Shown: one piece after another, positions 24,072 through 35,900 of the stretch | Numbering within the stretch: position 1 is the stretch's first letter | Layout of the letters: each line of letters starts with the position of its first letter | Source: Laetmonice hystrix | Lineage: Eukaryota | DNA length: 64,000 bases | Direction: 5' to 3' | Assembly (NCBI GenBank): GCA_965235115.1 | Contig: OZ249436.1 | Span: forward strand, 53,384,001-53,448,000 | Position numbers and translations under genes: made by a program | Notes under the pieces: generated by a model | The model's input: the letters and a program-made list of their open reading frames with translations, nothing else | Told to the model about the DNA's origin: nothing | Database searches by the model: none

Positions 24072-25835
24072 GTATACCCATCTATCCTGAATATTTATAA
24101 TTTCCGTCGAAATGATACTGAAAGGTTATTTAGCTGTCCATTGGTTGTGTTTAGAAGGGCAAAAGAACATAATCGATAAGATTTGTGTGATTTTGCATGC
24201 AAATTTCAGTTTTGGATCAAATAGGGGAAACTCCGTTTCTAAACAGAGCGAGACGAGAATGGCAGCTTCCCTAACTTCATACATGATAACATAAACTTAA
24301 TATAAAATATATATATATAGTCTATTAAAAATATTATCAACGACTGCCTGATTGTATTATTATTAATCTGGTTTCATCTGATCATTTAAATAAATGCCTA
24401 AAAATGTTACTTATAGCACGTGGTGCACACCTGTAGTTTATCGAGCAAACATGGAGACAGCCTTTCCGGTAACGATTAAAATACGCATACAGAGGAAATC
24501 CTGACCCTTTCCTGTAACGATTTCCATAACAGCAATAATAATGACCCTAAAACGATTGTAATGTTTGATGTGTCACACCGAACCCCAAGCATACGGTAGA
24601 CCAGTCGGCTCCACGCATTGCATCAGTCAGGCCTAAACAAGTTTTGTTCTGAAAAATCCCCCCGTGCCGTTTTATTTAGTTGCGTGGTGGGTAGGGGGTC
24701 ATATTAGTTTTGTGGTAGGCAGGTGGTTCATATTTTAGTTTTGTGGTGGGCAGGGCAGGGTCATACCAGTTTTGTGGTGTGCAATAGGCCTACAGCACTT
24801 CTTTAAATGCGGTGGAAAGTTTGTCACGTTCTTTCACGTATACACGTACATTTCATTGCATTACTTTTGTTTTCCTCAGGATCTGATGCCCTTAGTACCC
24901 AGCAGTATATTGGCCATTGTCTGGATGAATCGAGACAAAAAAATAATAAAGAAGAAAATTGATAAATAAGTTAAGACGGCGTTTAGGCAAAAAGGACAAG
25001 AGTCGACGCATTTTTCACGGAGATAACATTTTATCCGTCTATGCAGCGCTCACTGACCACGGAAAAGCGAAGCATCCTCACGTGTCTTTGAAAGCCATTC
25101 TTTCATCCAGATACGTCTCTTTTTAAAGGTTAAAATTTTTAAGATTTATCACGTGAAAGTCACATGACAGTGAAAACGATTTTAATATCAAGACATCACC
25201 GCTCGCGCATTGCATGAAAACCATCGTGTGATGCCCCTAGATAGCTTTTGCTTCGCACTTGCCATGCTGACTTTATTAGTGTAACCCCCGTGCATCAACC
25301 TCTGGCATCAGCCCTGCTATCATACCTCTGCAGCAGCATATAACAATCGTATAATTTAAAAATCACCAACAAATCCGTTAATCGATAGGTACAGAGAGAT
25401 GATCGGAAATCATATCGGGTGGGCACAACAGACTTATCGAACTGTGACGTTAAATTTAGACTTTTAGTTATGGTATCATGTCAGGACTATTTGAGATATC
25501 ACCTTGAAAATGTACTCCTGTAATTTCTGAGAAGCCTGTGACATAGGGGGTTTGAAATATTTAAAGGGGCTTCGTCAATTAAAAGCCACAAAACCGACCC
25601 CCTCTCATATTAAACAACCTAGATTTACCTGCAATTTCCTGATAAATTGGAAGCAAAACAACTGTGCATATAGTAGTAGGGAGTAGCGTGTGCCATCGGT
25701 ATAATTGCCTTCATTCGCTCCACGCAGCCACGCCGGTTTGCCATGGCGGTGGTTTGTAAACTCCACGGACCGTGCTCGGGCCACTGAACTTGCAATTTTC
25801 TTACATTTTTTGCCATTATTTGATCGCCATATTAA

Positions 25836-26361
25836 AGGGGCATACTATGAAACACGTTTTTGAGGATTTCCGGCAATTATCCAACATGACCGTGTACTAG
25901 GGATCCAAGTAAATAATCCTACCACAGCATTTTGTCCTCCGACGTGTTTGCAGCGTATGCAGCACAAGTAGGTAATATACGACCAAACCTATAGATTTCT
26001 CCCGATAGCACATCTCCCGCCATAATTTGGCGGACAACCTCCCATCAACCGGTGTAATTACATACTGTGTCACATCCTGTGTGTGCACTCTCTGCATGTG
26101 CTTAGTCACGTGCTTTGCTTAGTTGTAAACAATTCAGCAGTTCCACTTGATCGTCCGGCATCAGAATGCCACCCAAAAAATATTATACGAAATCGGCAGA
26201 GAAGCGGGCAAGGGAGCTTAATAAACTTCGATTTCTCACGCAAAATAAAACTGACAAGTCTGTCTTTGTTTACCAAGCAATTTCAATGAAGGATCTCTTT
26301 ATGAAAACAGCAAAAGTTCTATGAAATACCGATTTTTAACGTCTCCTCATAATATGCCCCT
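25836..26361. mobile_element. Kolobok-like MITE with TTAA TSD
   Basis: TTAA|AGGGGCATA ... TATGCCCCT|TTAA; a second, partial copy lies at 10582-10971. Confidence 0.85.
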
Positions 26362-27628
26362 TTAAAATATCATGTTGCTAAGGATGAAAGGTATACGTTT
26401 CATATTGGGGGGGGGGGGGGGTTGACGGAGTTGTATATACTTTTTGTCTCCAGCAAGCCCCATCCTTGCCCTTGAAACAACAGGATAACTTCTTTTTTAA
26501 GTATTTACCACGGGGTTGAGAAAACTGCCCGAACATGTGCAAAGGCTGGCTTATTGATCTCCGACACCGCGATCCCGTTGTAAAGGGGCGCGTATACCAC
26601 TATCGATTGATCGGCTTAAACAAGATCGGGTTATCGTCAAATAAGTCAGTCGTGTGGAACTTCTGCATGTAATGATGTAAACGTCTCGATACACATTAAA
26701 GACTATTCCGATGAATTCATGAGTCACATGTGATGTCATGAACAATGTCTACAGTCTACCGTTTCGTACGTGTACGGTGTATATCGAAGGTCTATATACC
26801 TATATATAGCTCGATTGTATAGGCCTACTTCTATTTCTTGCAGCGGGGAAAGACCTCAACTCTGGCCATGCATTGAATGGTTGCTATTGTTTTGCTCCGC
26901 GCGTTGCCGTTGTGCTTCCAAAGGCGTTCACGGCTTGTGCATGACTCAACATGGTTGCCTACACTGTGTTTGTAACAGTGTAGGCCTACTTAACGGCTCT
27001 CCTCATAAAGCAAACTATCACGATATTGTAGTCTGTGGTTATTACGGAAGGACAAACTGGACAGATAACGCTCAACTCTGTTCTGTTCAAGTTCAGCAGT
27101 AAACAACGTTAGAGGTAAGAGATATTTTTTGTGTTGCGGTATAACCTTTTAGATCCAATTATGCGCCTTCAGGCCTATACTGGTAAAATGGCTTGCTGAT
27201 GCAGGATTTCAGACAGAGCGACGGCGTTGTGGGTAGGGGGTCGAAAGGTGTGGTCCGGTGACAAAACATTATTGACTAGTCGTATAGACTTCGTATGAAG
27301 AACTATATTGTAGCAAAGGGAACTTATCTCAGGTTCTGCCCACCCCCCAACCCCGAATTCTTAAGGAATTTGAGACAAATTTCGTTCATGCAGGGTATAG
27401 TTCACAACATACTCTAGACCTATAGGAACATAATTTTTCCATAGCCAGAACTTTTATAAGAGAATCGCAATGCATTTTCGACAAAAATGCGAACATATTC
27501 AACAAAGTACGACATTTTCAGGGTCGTGCCCTATGCAGTTTTAGAAGGAACTGGCGCCCCTATACATAGAGATTATCTATTCTTTCACCAGGTGCTCAGG
27601 TGAAAGGAAGCTTGAAGCCGAGAGCACC

Positions 27629-28900
27629 ATGTCGTCGGCCAGTTGTCCGTGTTTAGATCGCTGTCTGGTGGGTGGCACGACGGCCTGTGTCGTCAGCGTC
27701 CTTCTCTTCGTATTCGGCTTGCCTCTGATGGTCGCCGGCGTCATCATGTCTACACTGCCCATCGGGTACGTATACAGCTCTAAGTTCTAATAATGCATAT
27801 ATAATGATATTATTACAACGGTATAGAATGACCTGCATGCCCGTAACGGTTCTGTACCAAGTCAAACGCCTTTAATTGTCAAACTACGCGAGCAGATCCG
27901 GTGTTCGGCAGGGGCCTGCCCTACCTCACTAGTGTGCCCCCATCCCAGAAAGTCAACAAATCGCCGACACCATGTTTCACGCAGAACCGCCACCGGGGTA
28001 TAAAAATGGGGGCATTCTCTCGGTGTCAAACTAAGAATGCAATATCTCGTGCCCGCATGTTGAATAACAGGATAAGCAATAAGAGTAAATGAATAGGGTA
28101 ATTAACTTCTAATTCTGCCATCCTCTGTCCTCCTTCCTTTAGTTCTACAGCAGGAAACGCCCTTCTTGGAGTGGCGACACTTCTTGTAGTTGCCGGTATT
28201 GTCTTGACGGCAGTCATGTGTTACCTCGGTCCTCGGATTCTCTACACGACACCATCGGCTAAACAAGATAAACATCGCAACGCAAAGGTATATTAAAGCT
28301 TATTATTGGTTTCACGTATGCCTACAGTATAGGAAATGTTTTAAATGAGAATATAAAAACTTAATATTATATTGAGACGTAAACGAATCAATATTGGGAG
28401 TCTTTTTTTTATCGTCTAACTGTATACGTTTTTGAGTGCATATGAGGGGTCAGAAGTATGTAAAGTGTCCCACATTCAATATACTCGAACTCCTCATTTC
28501 TATATACAAAATGTACTGGAACTCCTCATTTCAGACGTACGAGACGCTGGTATCGACTCCACCAATGGCTTCCTCTGTCCTCTCGCCTTGCCCACCCCCG
28601 TACGAATACCACGAGCCAGCGGCCGCAGCAGTTCCATGGGTCCTACCCACAACCTCACATCAAGTCTCAATGTACCCGCCCAAGGAACAGATGGGAGGCC
28701 CCTGTCCGGCAGAGACCTCCGGACCTTACCATACTTACAACTTCGGTAGGACCTGGTCTACGGGCGGCTACCCATGGGTGGCAAGCCTCATACCGCAATC
28801 AGGACCTTCTGCGCCACCTATGGAACAATACCAGCAACAATACCCAGTCGCAGCACCTTCCTTTGGACAAGCCCCTCCATTGCCGGCAAAGGTGGTCTAG
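27629..28900 (+). CDS. Uncharacterised 215-aa protein: two TM helices and a Pro/Tyr-rich tail with PPPY and PSAP motifs
   Basis: Exons 27629-27765, 28143-28287 and 28535-28900 are GT-AG and in phase, with ACCATG start context. Hydrophobic segments: ACVVSVLLFVFGLPLMVAGVIM and ALLGVATLLVVAGIVLTAVMCYL. Confidence 0.8.
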
Positions 28901-29654
28901 GAAAGTTACTGTAGTCGGACCGAGTAGTTCGAGAATCACCACGAGTTGGTTTAGCAAAGATGTCTCGTGTCATAGAGTACGTCTTGGACTTGTTTCATAT
29001 TGTGCGGATATAAGGTCTATTAAGAAATTATATATGACTGCAGGCCCCCTATACAAAGTTACAATGCAATTCATGACAAAAATCATGTCCATAAGCGAGT
29101 GATAAGGATCACCCCATTTGATACGCCATGGTAAATGAATTCTATACATTGTATATGTTGAAATGAATGTGCAAACGGGTATAAAAATGACAGCAACATG
29201 AAATACTCTAATTACAATTATATAGTTTCACTTTATTGTCAAATCAAATCAATGTCAAATCAATTAAAATCATTCCTCCAGCATCGCGTTCACTGTGGTT
29301 GATGTACACTTAATTATGACATACATCAGTGTCCAATCATGTACGGAGAAAAACGATTCACGAGATTTTCTTCAGCAAATAGGCATACTTGTCATTTTCT
29401 CTTTACGACTTTTTACTTATCGCACTGCTGTAATTTACTGCTAAAGCTGGGTAAAGTAAAATGACATTTTGAATCATACAGTTCTAGCCCTGCATAATGA
29501 CAAAGAACGTGTACGTAATTCTTTGATCATTATAATGATACTATAGTACTGTCTTAACCTCAAATATTTGAGTAGACAAGATTTAATTAACAATGGGCGT
29601 CATTTTTAAAAACATGATGCTTTCCTTGTGTGTTCTTTCTGGTAGTTTTAGCTA

Positions 29655-31665
29655 TTACCCTGCCAATACCTCCTTGATGTAGGCAAGCACAGTGTCGTCC
29701 TTCATAATACCGTTGTGATCCGACCCTGGGAAGTCTCGCATGTAGAACCGTCCCGCTGCTGACTCAGGAGGGTTGACCTTCGCACATCCCTTCAAACTCC
29801 GCAGGTTGACCGTGCCATCCCCTGGTCCTTTCACAATCGTCGTTGGTCTCTTCTCCACGTCCCAACCTCGTTCGTATATCAACTTCTCTGTAGTTTGTAC
29901 GCCTGAGGAATGCAGGCAATAGAAGGGTACTCCTGGGGATTTCACTTCGTACGCGCTGTCTCGGAAGTGACGACGAATGACGTTTGCCAGAGGATAGCCG
30001 ACGTCTCTGAAGAACTGTTCCAAGTCCGCGGCGGTATAGTTTCGTCGTGGCGTGCTCACCAGGACATCGCTGGGGTTCCAGTCGTACTCACTCCTTCCAT
30101 TTGTGGGGAGCAGGTAGAGATTTGTTTCTTGGCTTCGTTGCTCGGTCCTGAAAACCCATGGGTCCAGGCAACTGATTCCAAACGTGAAGCCTGACGCGTG
30201 CAACTGTAGGACTTCGGCGGTCCCTGTCCATGGCGTGTTAAGACTGATAAACTTGTTGATGTAACGGCTCTTCCATTCTTGAGACTGTTGATTGAGGAAA
30301 TACATGGTGAAGAGTCCTCCCATACTGTGTGCTACGAGAACGACTCGTTGGTTAGAATTTTCCCGGAATGTTTTCTCAATCAATGTCCTCAAAGCCTGGA
30401 AGAGTTTAGCTTGTGAATGGGGTGCCAGACGGAAGTCATACGGGGCAGCATGTAGGTCCTCGCCAACTACATAACCAAGTTTGACCAGACCTGTGACAAC
30501 AAAAGTTCACTTATAGTTTTAAAGGGGGTTTAAGCCTATATGCATGTATCGGACGCAATATAAGGCCATTGCATGGAGGTCCCCCTAAGGGGATAATAAT
30601 TAAAGTGACTTGGAACAAAATTACTGCATGCTTAGTACATTTTGTGCAACTCCTTGGGGCAAAAACATGTGATGAACCTCCGCTAGATTTTTTTTGAAAA
30701 ACGTCGGAGCTCATTGAAAGTCTGCCCGTTTACTGGAACCCATCCACCGCCATCCTACCCCTGAAATATGACAGGGACAGCGACAAGTATAGGAAGAAAG
30801 GAGCGTCACTATACCAGTGTATAGCCTATCGTACGTTTAGACATAGACCTCCTGACAAACATAAGATGAAAAGAGCATAGTCTTATAAATGATAGAAGAA
30901 AAAAACCATGCTCATCTAACAACTTCACCGAGAAGGACCATGATGTACTTCGCCTGGATCTTGCATGACATGAGATTATCAATTAAAATTAATTAAACAA
31001 GACGTAGACTTCAGGCCTCGATTTGAATGTTTGTGGTGACCTTTGATGAGAGGCGCGGCGTATTGACCAATGTTTCCTAACGTCCACGCCGTCCAAGAAG
31101 GGTCGATATACTCGACGCTGTTCGTGACGCCCCAGCCGGGGATCCGGATCCTCACACCCGGCGCGTTCTCACTTCGGCCCGTCCGTTTGTTGTAATACAT
31201 CTGAAAGTTAGCTGCCCAGCAGTCGTTCCGGCCTAGGTAACAACACAGTCAACTAATAATAAACGAAGTTTTCCCCCGTTAGGCACGGTTCGACGTCCAG
31301 GGGGGCCTACGCCACATGCAAAAACACTTTTAGGGCCTATAAGGAAAATTGTGCATATTTATAACAAATGTCTTTGCCAATTCACCATAAAAATGATAAG
31401 TTAAGTGTTGTCAGAAAATCCGATCATGTTACAAACCAAAGATGAAGGACCAAACGTCCAGCCACAGTCGAAACCATCCAGACGTCTTCGGACACGAATC
31501 CTTGGGGTCGTTTGGCTTGTCGAGCGACGCCTCGAGCTGTGACCCGGCGGTGCCCGGCACGAACACGACGGGCGGCCGGCGAGCGGACTGTACCTCTACC
31601 GTCTGGACTCGGGTCGGCAGGACGACCAACAATATTCCTAGATAGCACAAATACTGGGCCGCCAT
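29655..31665 (-). CDS. LCAT / lysosomal phospholipase A2 group XV-like lipase (about 418 aa)
   Basis: Exons 31665-31437 (alternative ATG at 31692), 31232-31041 and 30490-29655. Signal peptide, PVVFVPGTAGSQL, WFRLWLD, AAPYDFR, AHSMG, GDGTV and DHNGI; the Ser-Asp-His triad is intact. Confidence 0.93.
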
Positions 31666-32928
31666 CACAACCGGAGACGACACAGAACCCATGACTACAC
31701 CGGACAAAGCTATCTGTAAATGTGTTGACCTGAACACACTTGTGGATGAATTGTACCGTTATCTAAGTCCCGGTTTTGAATTCCAGCAGCACCCTCATAT
31801 TGTTGATGCATGTGACAAGGGGGCAGTGACCCCATGCATGATATAAAGGACGTTTGCTGATACACATGTATTAATAATGGTGGTGATGATAAATAAAATA
31901 AGTGTATTTGATCTTTTTCTCATTCTATTTTCTGGGACACGAGTAATGGTGAAAAACACCTCATGGGCTTTGAATAGTTTCAGCCCATTCTATTATTGTT
32001 ATGTGGTCATTATGTTGTAGGCCTACCGGAAATCACTTGAATATATTGGGAATGTAAATAATTATTATTAGCATGTCTAATATATAGAAGTAATTTTACA
32101 CTCCAAGAAAGTTCCAGAATAATTTCAATAGTATATGAACGATAATCTATAAATAGCATCCAGAATGTAACACTCCATAGACCTCTGTGTGTGACGTTAC
32201 ATACGTAGCAGTAAAGTCCCTTTAAGAAGGCATGTTACTAAACACATGAGGTTTCCACCGTGTTTGATAGTAAAGGTCGAGGTTACCGTAGTGTGTATCC
32301 GCTGAACCCGGACAACCGCCTGCTAGAGACGGTTTGTTTGGGCGGCCTAATGAACGTTAGTTATGACTAGGAGGCAGGAAAGGGTAAAATCATATTTCCT
32401 TAACTTAGGGATGCTTTCGCAGAAGTTTTCAAACAAATGCTTGCCTTCAGCCAGTGCGCCGAGGCCCAATACAAAGTTCTCCATCATATTATGTTTATTG
32501 TTTATGTGTATACGGGAATACATGCATTCTGTTTTAAACCAAGCCAACTATCTAGTCTTCTTGTTATTGTACCACTCATGGCATTTGTTATTGTACAATC
32601 ATGGCATTTCTCAGCCAGTTTTCAGGATTATGTAAATGAAATGGGAGTGAAGGTGATAAGTAGACAAAAGTAAACATTTATTTTTACAATATACAGTACA
32701 TGCATTGGAGTCTGGACTCGTTCGGGTATGTTGGGCATAATTCTGAGGAAGCAAGGTCCTTATTTTTTACTGGATCCGTGAGCTCATGAGCTGATTTATA
32801 TGAAATTGCTCCAAATCCATGGTAAGCTAGGTTAACGTCAGACCCTACCCCATCAGGTAAGACTGTCGCCTTAATTAACTTCCACTATTGTAGTTCGATA
32901 ACCTGCTTTGAGGCTAGATCTACAGGGG

Positions 32929-35900
32929 TCATGACCGCTGCTGCATGCCACCTTTGTGTCCTCCCCTACCCCTGTACCCACCCCGAGGAGGGCCACCTCC
33001 CCGTCCACCCCATCCCCCTTTCTGAGCACCACCCCCTCTGGCCCCTCTCCTGTTCTGTGGCCCGCCCCTACCCGGCCCACCCCGGCCCCCTCCTCCACCC
33101 CGTCCCCGTGCCCCACCTCCACGATTCCCTTGCTGATTTCCTTTGGGGGGTGGCGACTTGGGCCGAAGTCTTTCAATCTCATCGGAGCAGCCTGTCATAT
33201 GGCCGTTTGGTTCTTTGTTGAAATGACTGTTATAGACCTCCGGATCAAAGTTACTGCTAGTCAGGTCAGGTCCAATGGTCAACCATCCGGGCCTGATAGT
33301 GCTGTCTCGCCCAAACACATGCAGTCGTCTGCGGCCCAGACAGAAGTGTTCTATGATATGGAATATTTCTACAGGTTTGTCAGGACATCCATACGGCTGT
33401 TCTTCATGAATGATCAGATCAATGTCAACGTTGGCGTGAATAAAGTCACCGTCTGTACTTCGCTTTACTGTTCCCTTTATACCCATCAGACAGTGCTCCT
33501 GCAACAGATACAAAACTCCTTCAGTCACTCACTCTCCTGCTAGCAAAGTGTCTTTAAATCATGATTAATATATGCTTGGGAGATAGGAGAGGAAATATTA
33601 AATTGATAATGAGCGTTTCTTTACACTTACACCTTGTACTATTCAACTCCCCATGGGTTGAAAGTTATACTGGGTGAGTGCAGTACAAAACTATGACTGG
33701 AGTAGGAGTAAAACTTTAAAAGTTCCTTTGATAAACCTTGTCATCTTATATTTCAACCAATGGGGACAGTTCAAATATAATAAAGTAAAACTGTAAACTA
33801 ACCTTCGTTCTTTGGAAAACAGATTTAGGCTCCAAATTCTTGTTGTGTCCAGGGTTCTTTATGTTGGTTTTAATCCAGCAAATATCCTCACAGCGCCGAA
33901 ATCCCCATTTCTTGAGGCACTACAATTCACACAAATATCACACATGTCAACTAACGGCAACTCCATTTCCTGTTTTAATAATTCTACCAAACTAACCATG
34001 GCTTTAATAATCGTCATCATAAAATCATATTAAAGGTGAAATCAATAAATCTATAAACAAATAATCAGCAGTGTCCCTTAGTGTTCACAGAATGGGTATT
34101 GTGCAAGAACGTTTATAATTGTATTACGGAAATTTATCATCAAATGGATCAGATAAAAGTTACCTGCATGATGGACTCTTATCTAAAATATTCTACAAAG
34201 ACTTTGCAGATGATTTAGACAGAAAACAAGAGGATCATCAGAATTGCCTTGATAAAACTCGCTGTATATTTTAACGGATTCATTACCTTGCGAGCAGCAT
34301 CTAGTCCATCACTGGAACCACACCAGATCCACAGGAAAGACCGCTGGGCTGCTACTTTCTCCAGCTCCAAGCTCTCAATCTGTGAACACAACAAAGTAGT
34401 TAGAACCGTCCACTGCTTCAATCTCGCTTGAGCATTGGCCGCGTTGACATTAATCACATTATCCCCTAGCGCTGGCTTAATAACTTTAGATGGTTATAAG
34501 CCACAGCTGTGGGGATTTGGTAATTCTGGAAAATGGCCCCTTCTTACAAGTCAGGGTCACCACACAAACTTGGTTTTTCAATTGCGTTTTCCCTGCCCTA
34601 CGATAAATAGCTGTCGTGTTTGATGAAAGTGCTAATTGGTGTTTCCATCAAACATGGCCGCCAGGCGACCATCTTGAATCATATTGCCATCATGTGATCC
34701 AAACCCGTTGTCCTAGAGCATTTGCCTAATTTTTTATTTTTTTGGGGTCACTTAACTTAAGTAGACTGCCCTTCAAATAGATACAACCTTAATGACACTG
34801 CCCCCTCGACCATAAGTCTGAGCCCTGCACAGAGGTCAATGGTGCCAGTCGATGGGTATGTGACTCCTTACCATGTCCCAGCTCCAGTACTTGTCACGGG
34901 TGATGCCCTGGGTTCGCTGGTATTCCTCCAGTGGAGGCTCGACCAGGATAACATCAAACTTACAGTCCAAGTCTCTCAAGTCATAATTATCAAAATCGGT
35001 CTTGAGGTACCTGAAGGAAAAACATGTCTCTAGATGGGTTACTCTCATCCTTCAAAAATGTGTGCAGCTCAATGGAGATTCTCAAATATTAGGCCCAATG
35101 ATTTATTGTGTTCATTTATCAGTCAGTTATTGTCGAGTGATCAAGGAATGCTCTACCACAGACAGCATCCAGAATGACACAAATATGTGGGAGCACACTC
35201 AGATAAGATCAAAGTTTGCTTCTCGACAAAATTCATCACACTGTAAAAACATGTAAACACTCTAAAACATGTACCGGAGATTACAGTTAAAAAATTTGAT
35301 GCATTGCACTTAGGTTTCTGGAATGGCTTGCTGATAAGAAGAGCAGGTGCAAAGAAGCCACAGAAGGCCATAAAAAATTTCTGTTTAAAAATTCTTTTAA
35401 AATCTTTTTGGGCCACAGGAAAAACCTTTTTAATGACAACACTGTGATTTCTTGGAAACTTTGGGGTAATGGGAATTGCAGGGCGCTGTCTGACAGGGGA
35501 AGGGTATTGTTCAAAAGGGCAGGGCAGGTGCTTGTAAAGGCGAGGCGCCACTGTATGACATATAAGCTACGACCTTAGTTCTATTACCTTCCATAAAAAT
35601 CATCATGCAGTCAGATACTGTCAAATGATCAAGGAATGCTCTACCACAGACAGCATCCAGAATGACACAAATATGTGGGAGCAAACTCAGATAAGATCAA
35701 AGTTTGCTTCTCGACAAAATTCATCACACTGCTTCTATGAATACACAGAGATCCTTTCTAAAACCAATTTGACGTTATGCTGCACAAGATATGATGACCC
35801 AAGAATGCATTTACTGTCAGGTTTGAGTGGCCTTCTACATTACATTTGATCTTCTGAGCTTTTTTTAGAAATCTAATATATAATTCAACAAGCAGTCAGA

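Noticed and set aside
32956..33543. 195-aa Pro/Ser/Thr-rich plus-strand ORF
   Set aside because: It is the antisense shadow of the METTL14 last exon (RGG tract).
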